Assembly (NCBI GenBank): GCA_026986575.1 | Contig: JALSOH010000004.1 | Coordinates: 448,001 to 512,000, forward strand | Origin: Thermoproteota archaeon | GTDB taxonomy: Archaea > Korarchaeota > Korarchaeia > Korarchaeales > Korarchaeaceae | Direction of reading: 5' to 3' | Length of the DNA: 64,000 nt | In this document: positions 46,957 to 57,295 of the stretch, one piece after another | How the letters are laid out: each line of letters starts with the position of its first letter | Position numbering within the stretch: the stretch's first letter is position 1 | The notes under the pieces: generated by a model | Told to the model about the DNA's origin: nothing | What the model saw: the letters and a program-made list of their open reading frames with translations, nothing else | The model's database searches: none | Translations under genes and position numbers: made by a program

Positions 46957-47880
46957 TCAACTGCTGGCAGGCTTCTCAAGCAGCCCGAGCTCCATGAGGA
47001 CTTTCAGCTCCTCAATGGTGAGCTTTTCACCAGCCTTATACTTCTCCAACGCCTCCTCAGCTAGCTTCTCCTTGAGCTTCCTCTCGACCTCCTTATTGCT
47101 GGTAACTATCCTCTCGAACCTCTTCTTTATCTCCTCCTGTATCGTCCTCATCTCCTCTCTTATCTTATCCATCTCCTCCTTCATCCTGTCAACTTCCGAG
47201 CTCTTCTCATTTATTACATTGCTCAACTCGTCTATTTCACTCCTTATTTTATCCAGTTCCTCCTTCTCCTTAGTTATGTAACCGTAGATCTCCTTTAACT
47301 GTCCCTTTATCTCTCCTATCTTCTCCCCGGAGTCCCTTACAAAGAACCTCCATCTCTCGGCCTCGGCCATTATCTCTATGAATTTCCTCTTCAGGGACTT
47401 AGCCCTATTGAGTTCCTGAAGCATCGCCTCGTACTGGCTTATCTGCATGACTATGTCTCTCTCCTGATCCTTGGTTAGAGGAGAGGTCTCTATCCTCCTC
47501 TCCAATCTCGAGATTCTCCTCCTGAGAACCCTTTCGGGGACGCCCACGGAATTGACTATCTCCTCGTACTCCTCTTTTATCTTCAGGGCTTCGTCCCTCG
47601 CCTGCCTGAATCTCTCTAGGGCTTCCTTTCTTTCTTCCCTGAGCTTGACTAGCTCGCCTTGAAGTTTCCTCTTCTCCTCGATCTTCTCCCTTAACTTGGC
47701 TCTCCTCTCTCTTATCTTCTCAATCAGTTCCAACCTCTTAGATCTCAGTTCTTTAAGCTCCTCTATAAGAGATCTTCTCTGCTCACGGAGCTCGGATAAT
47801 TTCCGCCTCAGCTCCCTTTCTTTTTGCTTTAGGGTACCAATAGCCTCCTCTACTGCGGCCATGCGGTCTCCTCCTGCCAT
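46957..47880 (-). CDS. Archaeal long coiled-coil protein (COG1340-like)
   Basis: Continuous heptads, ETSPLT..ER, C-terminal AGEKLTIEELK. Start ATG 47880 or 47862. Confidence 0.8.
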   Translation of the reverse strand: MAGGDRMAAVEEAIGTLKQKERELRRKLSELREQRRSLIEELKELRSKRLELIEKIRERRAKLREKIEEKRKLQGELVKLREERKEALERFRQARDEALKIKEEYEEIVNSVGVPERVLRRRISRLERRIETSPLTKDQERDIVMQISQYEAMLQELNRAKSLKRKFIEIMAEAERWRFFVRDSGEKIGEIKGQLKEIYGYITKEKEELDKIRSEIDELSNVINEKSSEVDRMKEEMDKIREEMRTIQEEIKKRFERIVTSNKEVERKLKEKLAEEALEKYKAGEKLTIEELKVLMELGLLEKPASS

Positions 47881-48079
47881 TTTTTGATGATTAGGCTGAT
47901 GTCCAACGATGCAACATGATCCCCTACTTAAAAAGTATTCGGTTGCTTTCGATGATCCGGCGACTTTCTGAGAAACTTTATAAGCTCCAAGGGCTGCTCG
48001 CATCCTCTAACCCCCGGGCGAAGACGCACAATCGCATGCTCTTTTTTAGACATCCCTACCAAACAACATTATCTAGAAA

Positions 48080-48116
48080 CGGGATGATTTATTCAAGCGC
48101 AAGCTCCATCATCCCG
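48080..48116. promoter_or_regulatory. 9-bp inverted repeat upstream of the MgtE-like gene
   Basis: CGGGATGAT (48080-48088) / ATCATCCCG (48108-48116) enclosing a TTTATTCA-like tract. Confidence 0.45.
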
Positions 48117-48130
48117 CTAACTATCACAGG

Positions 48131-49246
48131 GTGAGACCATTGATGTGGAGTAGGGTAAAGAGGACAGCGCCGCAAGCGGTAATCTCTGCGTTCTATGGCC
48201 TGGGAGACATCGTGGCAGGTCTAATACTCTGGCTCTACTTTCCTACAGACATCAGATGGGCCGCCCTGCTATATCCTCCCCTGATAGGAGCTAGAGGAGC
48301 TATCTCCGGTTCCGTCGCGGGGAGATTAACCTCGGCTCTAAACTTGGGTACCGTAGACACTAACTTGAGGAGAGAGAACGAGAAACTCTGGGAAATACTA
48401 TCAACGGGTGTATCCGCCTCCCTCCTCGCATCCGTAATGATTGTGTTCCCTTTCCACCTGATGGAGATCGATGTCGGGTATCTCGATCTGCTGGCCATAT
48501 CGCTCATCACCGTGTGCGGCGTATCTCTCATTCTCCTCCCTCTCAAAATCGCTGTATCCTTCGAGTCCTTCAAGAGAGGGTTGGATCCCGATATAGTGGT
48601 CTATCCTCTCATTTCCACGGCCGCAGATATAGTGGTCACGGTCCTCTACATATACTCAATTAAGACTGCTGGTACCTTCATCAGCTTAGCACTAGCTTCG
48701 GCTGTAGCGGTGATCTCAGTCATACTGGTCCTGAAATGGTTTTCCAAGGAGTACCTGAGGATACTGGCCGAGGTACTGACTGCGACAGTCATAGTTATAG
48801 CGATAGAGAGTATCGCCGGCATATTCCTCAACGAAGCAGTTTCTATATCAGACACCAGCCTCTTATTCGTTTATCCAGCGATGCTTACCGAGTTGGGAGA
48901 TGCCAGCTCGATCTTAGGGTCTATTCTCACGACTAGGCTCTTCTTGGGCACCCTCAGGAGGAAGGTTCCCTTGGTAGATATACTTCCAGAACTCACAGGG
49001 GTGTTCGGGGTCTACTTGGGTTTCTTTTTCCTAATGGGTGGAATGCTCTGGGTCTTGGGAGGAAACCCTTGGGTGAGCGTTCTAACATTCCTGATCGCCT
49101 TCCCAATAATGCTGGTAGTGACCACATCCGTCGTCCTTCTTACTAGCAGGAAGCTGGATCCCGACAACTTCACGATCCCCATCGCCACATCTACCGCTGA
49201 TCTGGTAACCACCGCTACCGTAGCCCTAGTTCTCAGCCTACTATGA
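48131..49246 (+). CDS. MgtE/SLC41-type divalent cation transporter (duplicated membrane domain)
   Basis: RLTSALNLG, GLDPD..YPLISTAAD, LTTRLFLG, LDPDNFTIPIATSTAD. Confidence 0.85.
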   Translation: MRPLMWSRVKRTAPQAVISAFYGLGDIVAGLILWLYFPTDIRWAALLYPPLIGARGAISGSVAGRLTSALNLGTVDTNLRRENEKLWEILSTGVSASLLASVMIVFPFHLMEIDVGYLDLLAISLITVCGVSLILLPLKIAVSFESFKRGLDPDIVVYPLISTAADIVVTVLYIYSIKTAGTFISLALASAVAVISVILVLKWFSKEYLRILAEVLTATVIVIAIESIAGIFLNEAVSISDTSLLFVYPAMLTELGDASSILGSILTTRLFLGTLRRKVPLVDILPELTGVFGVYLGFFFLMGGMLWVLGGNPWVSVLTFLIAFPIMLVVTTSVVLLTSRKLDPDNFTIPIATSTADLVTTATVALVLSLL

Positions 49247-49955
49247 GGCTGGAGATCACGCTGGAAACCTTGTCCGGATCGGGTATACCGTAAAGGGCTA
49301 GGAACGTCCTCGCCCTTGGGACATTCACTCCCCTACCGCCGGCAACTCCAACCTCGAACCTGTTTACCTTCACTGAGGTCCCCGCTAGAGCCAAATCCTC
49401 ACCGATCCCCAGACCCGAGGCCGTAAGTGGGGTGACCGTTCCGAAGTTGAATATCCTCCCGAGCAAGGGGATCTCCACAACCACGTCATTTATCTTACTG
49501 ATCGGAAGCTCTCTCTTCCTAACTGATAGGAACCGCTTCTCCATGACTATCCTCCTACTAGTTATGTAGTACCTGTGCCCCCTCCTGTAGAAGTCCACGC
49601 TGAGAATTCCCACTAGGCCAAAGGCCACCTCTGGCACCCAAGGAGGATAACTGCTGTAGTTCATGTAAGTCGAGATGGCGGCCAGTAAAACTGAGATGAA
49701 GGCCCATCTCCATGATATCTTGATTATCGAGGCGATTACTAAGGGCACCACCAGCAAAAGCCAGAGCAGCAGTAACTCCCCCTCAATTGGGAAGACGTCG
49801 GGGGGCTGAATACTGAGGACCTTCGACCAAAGCAGCAAACCTACGACTAACACGTACCCGTAGATAAGGTATAATCCGGCGAAAGCGAGAGGATGCGGCC
49901 TAGCGTCGACTAGAAGTTCCTCTCCTCTGGCCAGCTTCATTTCCAATCTCGGCAT
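49233..49955 (-). CDS. Membrane protein with bacterial PH (bPH_2) domain
   Basis: TMs then YYITSRRIV..ELPISKINDV..GRIFNFGTV. Start re-assigned to ATG 49955. Confidence 0.75.
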   Translation of the reverse strand: MPRLEMKLARGEELLVDARPHPLAFAGLYLIYGYVLVVGLLLWSKVLSIQPPDVFPIEGELLLLWLLLVVPLVIASIIKISWRWAFISVLLAAISTYMNYSSYPPWVPEVAFGLVGILSVDFYRRGHRYYITSRRIVMEKRFLSVRKRELPISKINDVVVEIPLLGRIFNFGTVTPLTASGLGIGEDLALAGTSVKVNRFEVGVAGGRGVNVPRARTFLALYGIPDPDKVSSVISSLIVG

Positions 49956-50027
49956 TTCCCCAACCTGCGGATTTAAACATAGCTCGAGAAGACTCACTGT
50001 TATATTTCCCATCAACCATTCCCTACT

Positions 50028-50543
50028 ATGCTTGTGGACCTTGGTATCAGGGTCGCTTGGTTGGCGAGAACGGGATGGATGCAGTCGGGTATACCGCCTT
50101 CCTTGGCTGAAACTGTATCTCAACACACGTTCCTCGCCTCTCTAATCGCGTTGGATCTGATGAGGGAGCTCAAGAGAAGGGGAAAGACGTTCAGCGAGAA
50201 TAAAGTGCTGAAGATGGTCCTGATCCACGATATAGCTGAGGGTGTGGTGGGAGATCTGCCTAAATGGACCGGAGACCGTGTAAACAAGAGTAAGCTTGAG
50301 GAGGAGGCGCTCTCAATGGAGATCACCCAAGCTGACCTCTTGGACCTCTGGAGGGAGTACAGCGAGGGGAGGAGGATGGAGGCAAAGATAGCGAGGCTGG
50401 CCGATTTGATGGCCACTTGGAGGATGTCCATCTACTACAAGGAACTCGGGTTTCCCGTGGACGACATCATGAGATCTACAGAGAGGGAATCCTTGAAGCT
50501 AGCCGAGGAACTAGGACTTGTCATAGAAGGGGGAAGGGGATGA
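50028..50543 (+). CDS. HD-domain phosphohydrolase (YfbR-like)
   Basis: RTGW, ETVSQH, IHDIAE..GDLP, AD. Confidence 0.88.
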   Translation: MLVDLGIRVAWLARTGWMQSGIPPSLAETVSQHTFLASLIALDLMRELKRRGKTFSENKVLKMVLIHDIAEGVVGDLPKWTGDRVNKSKLEEEALSMEITQADLLDLWREYSEGRRMEAKIARLADLMATWRMSIYYKELGFPVDDIMRSTERESLKLAEELGLVIEGGRG

Positions 50544-50571
50544 GGTAAACGAAGGGGAAAGGAGACACAGT

Positions 50572-51516
50572 TCACAATTCGACTATATCGTCATACCTCG
50601 GACCGGCCCTAGGAGGCTTGTGGAACGGCTCTCTAAGTCTAACTGCCCTTTTGAAGGCCTCTAAGAGTTCCTCATCTGTCCCTCCGTTCCTCATTATAGA
50701 GAGGAAGTCGACGAGGTTGTCCTCCCTCCTTATGCATGTCTTAAAGAAGCCGTCGGATGTCACCCTTATCCTGTTGCATCGCATGCAGAAGAAGGGATTG
50801 CCTGTCCCCTTGACTATCTCCACAATGGCTCCACCGTCTAAATAGTAGAGAGGTCTACCGTGGAGCTCCCTTATCTCCTTTCTCAGAGACATCTTCTCCA
50901 GTTCCTTCTCAAATCCATCGAGGCTATAGTAGTATCTCCTGAGGCCAGGATCCACATCCAAGAGCTCTATGAATTGAATCCTTATCCCCTTGGATGAGGC
51001 GTACCTCACCAGTTCCCACAGCTCATCATCGTTGTATCCCCTGAGAACAGTCACATTAACCTTCACGGGGGTCAATCCGCACTCTAAGGCGGTATCAACT
51101 GCTTTTAACGCCCTATCCAAACCATCTACTCCGGTTATCCTCTCGTAAATGTCCCTCCTCAGCGAATGGAGGCTTATATTCACCCTATCCAGACCGGCCT
51201 CCTTTAGGGGACAAGCTCTCTCTGGGAGGAACCATCCGTTGGTCACCAAGCTTATCTCCTCAATTCCAGCCTCCCGAATGCCTCTCACTATCTCTTCCAA
51301 GTCACGCCTCATCAGGGGCTCTCCACCCGTGATCTTGACGGTCCTTATCCCGTGCTTTACTAGCAATTTCACCAAGCGGGTTATCTCGACGGGGGTCATC
51401 TCACCCCCTTCTATTCCATGTCCCTCCTTGTGGCAGAAGAAGCAGTTGTAATTACAGGCGTTAGTGACGGAGATCCTCAGATTGGTGATGGGCCTACCCC
51501 ACCTATCCAGTAGCAA
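50572..51516 (-). CDS. moaA: GTP 3',8-cyclase (radical SAM)
   Basis: LRISVTNACNYNCFFC, TGGEP, FCMRCNRIR...C. Confidence 0.95.
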   Translation of the reverse strand: MLLDRWGRPITNLRISVTNACNYNCFFCHKEGHGIEGGEMTPVEITRLVKLLVKHGIRTVKITGGEPLMRRDLEEIVRGIREAGIEEISLVTNGWFLPERACPLKEAGLDRVNISLHSLRRDIYERITGVDGLDRALKAVDTALECGLTPVKVNVTVLRGYNDDELWELVRYASSKGIRIQFIELLDVDPGLRRYYYSLDGFEKELEKMSLRKEIRELHGRPLYYLDGGAIVEIVKGTGNPFFCMRCNRIRVTSDGFFKTCIRREDNLVDFLSIMRNGGTDEELLEAFKRAVRLREPFHKPPRAGPRYDDIVEL

Positions 51517-51517
51517 T

Positions 51518-51949
51518 TCAACCCTCTCCCTTCAACTTCCTGACCACCACCACATTCTCTATTCTCGTGGTCGGGTAATTCCCACTCTCATCCTTCTCCA
51601 AGTATTTCACCATATCCCAGACGGTCAAGAGCGCCGCCGATGCTCCTGTCAGGGCCTCCATCTCTACTCCCGTCTGGGAGGTGGTTCGAACTGTTACTTC
51701 CACCCATACTCTCTCCTCCTCTAGACTGAAACTGACGTCGACGGCTGTTATGGGGATCGGATGGCAGTACGGGATGATCCTCGGCGTGTCCTTGACTGCC
51801 TGCACGGCAGCTACCCTAGCCACGGTAAAGACATCACCCTTCTTCACTTCACCCGCTCTTATGGTCTCTATAGTCTCTTTCCGGAGCCTTATGCTTCCCC
51901 TAGCTACAGCCTCCCTGTAAACGTGAGGTTTGCTCGTTATATCGATCAT
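51518..51949 (-). CDS. moaC: Cyclic pyranopterin monophosphate synthase
   Basis: MIDITSK, IPYCHP, TGVEMEAL, WDMVK. Confidence 0.95.
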   Translation of the reverse strand: MIDITSKPHVYREAVARGSIRLRKETIETIRAGEVKKGDVFTVARVAAVQAVKDTPRIIPYCHPIPITAVDVSFSLEEERVWVEVTVRTTSQTGVEMEALTGASAALLTVWDMVKYLEKDESGNYPTTRIENVVVVRKLKGEG

Positions 51950-52394
51950 CTGAACCGCCTCCCCACCTCAATTGCACTTCCTCCACCCAGCGCTCCCCTC
52001 CACCGATGAAAACCTCCTTCTTCCAGATGGCGGCGCTCCTCTTCACCTCGTCTACCATCCACCTCGCGGCCTCAAAGGCAGCTTCCCTGTGCTCCGAGGC
52101 AGCGATGACGAGGAGGGCAGTTTCACCGACCGGGACCTCCCCCACTCTGTGGAGGATGGTGGCATCCACCAAGCCGAACTTCTCTATAGCCTTCCTCCTT
52201 ATCTCCTCCAACGCCCTGCCTGCCATTTCGGGGTAGAAATCGTAATAGAGAAATTTCACCCTTCCATGAAGAGACTTCTCCCGTATCACACCCCTAAACG
52301 TCACGATAGCCCCTACTTCAGTCCTACCCTCAGCTACCGATCTAATTTCGGCCTCCTCGTCTATAGGTCCCTCAACGATCCCAGATCTTCCCAT
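51900..52394 (-). CDS. moaE: Molybdopterin synthase catalytic subunit
   Basis: GAIVTFRG, HRVG, SEHR, IWKKE. Confidence 0.93.
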   Translation of the reverse strand: MGRSGIVEGPIDEEAEIRSVAEGRTEVGAIVTFRGVIREKSLHGRVKFLYYDFYPEMAGRALEEIRRKAIEKFGLVDATILHRVGEVPVGETALLVIAASEHREAAFEAARWMVDEVKRSAAIWKKEVFIGGGERWVEEVQLRWGGGSDDRYNEQTSRLQGGCS

Positions 52395-52634
52395 CTAACC
52401 ACCCGAAAATGTGGGTAGTATCGCTATAATATCCCCTCCTGATACCCTCTTGCTTAGATCCCTCTCTAAGGAGTGGTTGACTGCCACCATAACCCTGCCC
52501 TTCAAAATCAACTCCACGAGTTCGGGGTTCAGACCGTTGAGTAGATCCTCTATCGTACCCTCGAACTCTAGAGACTTTTCCCTCCATCCGAACCTCTCGG
52601 CTATCCATCCGTAGAGCCTCATCCTGACCATCAC
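52395..52634 (-). CDS. moaD: Molybdopterin synthase sulfur carrier (MoaD/ThiS/SAMP-like)
   Basis: AVN, C-terminal LPTFSGG. Confidence 0.9.
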   Translation of the reverse strand: MMVRMRLYGWIAERFGWREKSLEFEGTIEDLLNGLNPELVELILKGRVMVAVNHSLERDLSKRVSGGDIIAILPTFSGG

Positions 52635-53828
52635 TCACACCAGCTCTATAGCTATGCTCTGTCCCCCACCACCGCCGTGGCATATCGTAGCTAGGCCCTT
52701 CCGTCCACCCTTTATCTGCAGGGCGTTTATCAGTGTGATGACTATCCTAGCCCCGCTATCGCCTAGGGGATGGCCTATAGCCACGGCTCCACCAAACACA
52801 TTTAACCTGTCCATTGGTATGCTCAGACCCCTCGCCACGACGAGGCTGGCCAAGGCGAATGCCTCATTGTGCTCGTAGAGGTCAAAATCCTCTATCCTCA
52901 TGTTAAGTTTCTTGAGAAGCTTCTGGGTAGCCGGAATAGGGGCCTCAACGAAGTCCTTCGGCTCCACTCCCGCAGAGGCGAATCCGAGGATCCTAGCTAT
53001 GGGTTTAAGGCCCTTCTCCTCGACTACATCTCTGTGAGCCAGCACTAGGGCTGCAGCACCATCGCTGAGCTGGGAGGCGTTGGCGGCGGTTATGGTCCCG
53101 TCGGGCCTGAATACGGGCTTCAGCCTAGCTACCTTCTCTAGGCTTGTGTCCGGCCTTATGCCCTCATCTTTATCCAAGATCACCTCGTCGCCCTTCGTCA
53201 CGGGCTCTATCTCCTTAGCGAAGTATCCTTTCTCCGTCGCCTCTGCCGCCTTCATGTGGCTGCTAACTGCGAACTCGTCGGCTTCCTCCCTAGTTATGCC
53301 CCACTTCTTCCCTGTCTCCTCAGCCTCTTCCCCCATGAGGAGCCCGGTGTGGGGATCCGTCAGACCGTCGTGGACCATTATATCCATAAGCTTCTCCCCG
53401 GCGAAGGCGAACTTCACCCCCCATCTCCACTTCGAGGGCAGGGTGTAGGGCGCCATGCTCATGCTCTCCATTCCACCGGCCACCACAACCCTATTCTCCC
53501 CGAAGACTATGCTCTGGGCTGCAAGAGATACGGCCTTCATGCCCGAGGCGCACACCTTGTTGACCGTGAATCCGGGAACGGTGCTCGGTATGCCAGCAAG
53601 TATCGCCGCCTGCCTGGCCGGATTCTGGCCAACCATCGCTTGGAGGACGTTCCCCATTATCACTTCATCTACATCACTGGGATCGAGGCCTGATCGTCTG
53701 ACAGCGGCCTCTATTGCTACGGCCCCGAGCTTTGGGGCCGGCCAAGTCTTCAGACTCCCACCAAACTTGCCTATAGGTGTTCGAGCGATACTAACGATGA
53801 AGACATCCTCCAAACCCATGGGCATCAC
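52635..53828 (-). CDS. Acetyl-CoA C-acyltransferase (thiolase, bacterial type)
   Basis: NKVCASG, NEAF, GHPLG, CHGGGGG. Confidence 0.93.
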   Translation of the reverse strand: MMPMGLEDVFIVSIARTPIGKFGGSLKTWPAPKLGAVAIEAAVRRSGLDPSDVDEVIMGNVLQAMVGQNPARQAAILAGIPSTVPGFTVNKVCASGMKAVSLAAQSIVFGENRVVVAGGMESMSMAPYTLPSKWRWGVKFAFAGEKLMDIMVHDGLTDPHTGLLMGEEAEETGKKWGITREEADEFAVSSHMKAAEATEKGYFAKEIEPVTKGDEVILDKDEGIRPDTSLEKVARLKPVFRPDGTITAANASQLSDGAAALVLAHRDVVEEKGLKPIARILGFASAGVEPKDFVEAPIPATQKLLKKLNMRIEDFDLYEHNEAFALASLVVARGLSIPMDRLNVFGGAVAIGHPLGDSGARIVITLINALQIKGGRKGLATICHGGGGGQSIAIELV

Positions 53829-53842
53829 CTATAACTCAAAAC

Positions 53843-55141
53843 TCACATACTTCTCAGGGCCTTCCATCCTAGCAGGAGGGCCGACAGGAGGGAGATCCCC
53901 TCCTCGGACAGCTCCTTCCTGAGGAAGGAGTAGAGGTTCTCCTTAGGCCTACCATCAACCAAGAAGAGGTGCTCCAGTGTTTCCACCGCTATCCTCGGTA
54001 TGGAGGAGTAGAGCCTTTCGTCCTCCATCAGATCAACCGCCTTCTTGGCGGCCTCTAACTCTCTAAGCATTCCCTTTGACAGGATCTCCTGATACCTGCT
54101 CAGAGATCTTGCCGAGGTATCCCCACTCTCTAGGGCGTGATGCACCGCCTCCGCTGCGGCTCTGGCGCTCTCGATGGCGAAGTCCATACCCCTGACTGTC
54201 ACGCCGTAGTTAACGCAGAAGCCAGCAGCATCGCCGACGACGACCATTCCATCGGTATAGAGCTTGACGCCCCGCATGAACTGGGTCTCGGGTATTATAT
54301 GGGCAGAGTATTCCACGAGCTTCCCTCCTTCCAAGTATCTCCTGATCATTGGGTGTGACTTAAACTTCTCTGTGATCTCCCACATGGCCGTTGATACCTC
54401 GGAGACTTTGGAGGCTAGGGAACCTATCCTCATCACCACGCCCAAGGAGATGCTCTCCTTATTGGTGTAGATGAACCCCCCGCCGACCACTCCCTCGGTC
54501 AGGTCTCCCACGTAGAGCTGAGCTGCTCCTTCATCCCCGGAAAGACAGAATCTGTCCTCTATAACCTCCTTAGGTAGTTCTATGACCTCCTTAGCACCGA
54601 CGGCGAAGTCCTCCTTGGATAGCCTCGGCCTGAGACCAGCCTTCTCCGCCATGAAGCTCAGAGCACCATCAGCTGCTATCACGACCTCAGCTTCCATCTC
54701 CTCTTCGCCCTCTGCCACTATCCCGACCACGCGGCCGTCCCTGATGAGGGGTCCCTCGACCTTGAATCTGGATATCACCTCAGCCCCGGCGTCCTCAGCC
54801 TTCTCAGCCAGCCACTGGTCGAACTTTGCCCTGAGCAGGGTGAAGCTCCTCCCCTCGGGCTTGGTGCTCAGTCTTATCTCCACACCCCTATCGCCATGAA
54901 GGAACCCTATGACCTCCTTCGTTACCTCTCTCTCTACAGGAGCCTCCTTCCAGAATTCCGGGAAGACCCTCTCTAACGACCAGGAGTAGAGCCGTCCTCC
55001 GAACATATTCTTGGCTCCAGGCCTCTTCCCTCTCTCCACGGTCAATACGGTGTACCCTCTCTTTGCTAAGAGGTAGGAGGCGACGGAACCAGCTGGTCCC
55101 GCTCCCACCACTATGACATCGAAGTCCGCCAACTCAGCCAC
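53843..55141 (-). CDS. fixC: FixC-like FAD-dependent ETF:quinone oxidoreductase
   Basis: GAGPAG, KNMFGG, FIYTN, EYSAH, GDAAG, RGMD. Confidence 0.88.
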   Translation of the reverse strand: MAELADFDVIVVGAGPAGSVASYLLAKRGYTVLTVERGKRPGAKNMFGGRLYSWSLERVFPEFWKEAPVEREVTKEVIGFLHGDRGVEIRLSTKPEGRSFTLLRAKFDQWLAEKAEDAGAEVISRFKVEGPLIRDGRVVGIVAEGEEEMEAEVVIAADGALSFMAEKAGLRPRLSKEDFAVGAKEVIELPKEVIEDRFCLSGDEGAAQLYVGDLTEGVVGGGFIYTNKESISLGVVMRIGSLASKVSEVSTAMWEITEKFKSHPMIRRYLEGGKLVEYSAHIIPETQFMRGVKLYTDGMVVVGDAAGFCVNYGVTVRGMDFAIESARAAAEAVHHALESGDTSARSLSRYQEILSKGMLRELEAAKKAVDLMEDERLYSSIPRIAVETLEHLFLVDGRPKENLYSFLRKELSEEGISLLSALLLGWKALRSM

Positions 55142-56048
55142 CCTTAATCTCCTTCAGCTTCTTAGTGAGGACGGGAAGGAACTCGTACAGGTCCATGACA
55201 ACCCCATAATCAGCCTGCTCGAATATGGGCGCCTTGGAATCCGTGTTAACCGCGACTACGACCTTGGAATCCATTATACCGGCGGCAAACTGCTGTTGCC
55301 CCGATGCCCCGACCACTATCAGGAGCTTAGGAGCTATCCGGACGCCGCTTATCCCTATCCAGACTTCCTCCTCCATCCACTTCAGGTCCGCAGCTAAGGG
55401 TCTGGTGGCGCCCACCACCCCTCCCAGCACGTCAGCCAGCTCGTAAGCTAATTTGAGGTCTTCCTTCTTCCTGAATCCCCTACCTACAGCTACGACGATC
55501 TCCGCCTTGTCGAGGGGGACACCGACTTTAGGCTTCTCTTTCCCCCCGATGACCTCAATCCTCCTCTCTACTGAGGGAGCGCCGACCTCCCTTACTGAGG
55601 GCTTACCCTCCTCTGGAGGCCTGAACTTACCTTTCTGAACTGATATCACAGCAGGAAGGCCCATCTCCTCCACGGCTATGGCCTTCCCTCCGAAGGTCAT
55701 CCTCTCGACTACGAGCTTCCCTTTCTCCACGGACAGGGAGGAGACATCTACTGCCGAGGAGGCTCCCAGCCTGTGGGCCACCTGACCCACTAACTCCCTG
55801 CCCCTTCTATCGCTGGCTAGGAGCACGACCTCGTAATCGCCCGCAAGCCCACTTATCAGCTCGACCAATCCCTCCTGATCCCCACTATCCATCTCCTTGC
55901 AGAGCAAGATCTCCTTGGCGCCCTTAACTTCGTTGATCCAGCCCTCCTGATCAGAGGTTACGAGAAGGGATACGTCTCCCAGTTCTCTACCGGCTGATAC
56001 AAGTTCGAGGGCTAGATCCATGGAATGAGAGAACGCTAGGACCTTCAT
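55134..56048 (-). CDS. etfA: Electron transfer flavoprotein alpha subunit
   Basis: AVGRG, GATRP, IGISG, GASG, AVNTD..APIF..ADYG. Confidence 0.92.
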   Translation of the reverse strand: MKVLAFSHSMDLALELVSAGRELGDVSLLVTSDQEGWINEVKGAKEILLCKEMDSGDQEGLVELISGLAGDYEVVLLASDRRGRELVGQVAHRLGASSAVDVSSLSVEKGKLVVERMTFGGKAIAVEEMGLPAVISVQKGKFRPPEEGKPSVREVGAPSVERRIEVIGGKEKPKVGVPLDKAEIVVAVGRGFRKKEDLKLAYELADVLGGVVGATRPLAADLKWMEEEVWIGISGVRIAPKLLIVVGASGQQQFAAGIMDSKVVVAVNTDSKAPIFEQADYGVVMDLYEFLPVLTKKLKEIKGG

Positions 56049-56060
56049 CCCATCACCCCC

Positions 56061-56843
56061 TCACAGGACACCTTCTTCCTTCAGGGCCTGAATCAGCTTT
56101 TCTGCCGCCTCCTCAACATCTCCTTCTATCACTATTCGCTTTCTCTCGACTTTGGGGACCTTTAACTCCCTAATCGTGAGTTTGGGCTCAACAGGAGGAG
56201 AGAAGTCCTTTTGGTCCATGGGCTTCTTCTTAGCCTTGACTATCTCGACTAGTTTAGGTACCCTAGGCTTGTTTATCTCCTGAGTAACGCTTATCACGGC
56301 TGGTAGTTTGACCTTCACCACTTCCTCGAAGTCCTCCAAGCTCCGGGTCACTTTCACGTAATCCCCCTCAACCTCGATGGCGGTTGCATAGGCCACGTAA
56401 GGCCAGCCGAGCTCGGCAGCCAGCCTGGCCGGAAGAAGGCCTGAGAAATTGTCCTCACTACCCTCAGCTGCCAAGACCAGTCCGAACTTGTCCCTTATCT
56501 CCTGAGCTAGGGCCTTGGCTATCATGTATGTGTCGCCTCTCTCTGCGCCCTCTCCCGTGATCAGCATCGCTCCATCTAGCCCCATGGCCAATACCCTAGT
56601 GAGAGCCTCCCTAGCCTCCTTTTGCCTCTTCCCCGAGGCGCCCCAGGTAGATAGCATGAGGGCTATGGCCTTTCCACCGAACTTCTCCTTCAGTCTGACA
56701 GCCTCCTCCGTAGCATTGAGCTCTATATCCCCCGCCTTCGTGGGAGCATCCTCTATGTAGATCTTTCCGGTATCTTGATCTACTCTGAGCTCCTGAACGT
56801 CAAGGGACTGCTTAACGAGGACGGCTATATCCATAATCGCCAC
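56061..56843 (-). CDS. etfB: Electron transfer flavoprotein beta subunit
   Basis: VLVKQ, EEAVRLKE, LAMG, LPAVISV..IN.PR. Confidence 0.92.
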   Translation of the reverse strand: MAIMDIAVLVKQSLDVQELRVDQDTGKIYIEDAPTKAGDIELNATEEAVRLKEKFGGKAIALMLSTWGASGKRQKEAREALTRVLAMGLDGAMLITGEGAERGDTYMIAKALAQEIRDKFGLVLAAEGSEDNFSGLLPARLAAELGWPYVAYATAIEVEGDYVKVTRSLEDFEEVVKVKLPAVISVTQEINKPRVPKLVEIVKAKKKPMDQKDFSPPVEPKLTIRELKVPKVERKRIVIEGDVEEAAEKLIQALKEEGVL

Positions 56844-56915
56844 CGCGCTGGCCCTAGACCGGAAATATCAAAAAGTTGATTAGTTAAACGGGAAGGCATG
56901 TTATGGTGCGGGACA

Positions 56916-57212
56916 ATGTCTAAGCTCTTCGGCCTCTCCATAGAGGACAAATTGGCCATGACTCACTTTGAGGTGGACGACAAGCCCCACATATGGATAA
57001 AGGACCAAGAAATCTGCAGAAAATGTTCTGAAAAGCCCTGTCAGGTAGCATGTCCGGCTAAACTGTATCAGTGGAATGAGGAGACTAAGGAGATGCTGTA
57101 TAACTATGAGGGCTGCCTAGAGTGCGGTACATGCCTCCTGATATGCCCTCATGATAACGTTCACTGGAGCTACCCTTCGGGAGGGATGGGGGTAGTCTAT
57201 AGATTCGGCTAG
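56916..57212 (+). CDS. fixX: FixX-like ferredoxin
   Basis: CRKC..KPCQVACPA, CLECGTC..C, YPSGGMGV.YRFG. Start ATG 56916. Confidence 0.9.
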   Translation: MSKLFGLSIEDKLAMTHFEVDDKPHIWIKDQEICRKCSEKPCQVACPAKLYQWNEETKEMLYNYEGCLECGTCLLICPHDNVHWSYPSGGMGVVYRFG

Positions 57213-57295
57213 GATATAACATACTGATATTTTACAAACAGGAGCTGTCATAATTTTTAAGCTTCCCAACACACCCTACGCTAGGGTGCAACCCT

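Noticed and set aside
48080-48120. Fluoride (crcB) riboswitch on the minus strand (GATGATGGAGCT)
   Set aside because: It lacks the downstream pseudoknot partner and points away from the transporter gene.
57209-57236. dif-like site (GGATATAA-N6-...)
   Set aside because: The right arm does not mirror the left, so it is not an Xer-type inverted repeat.
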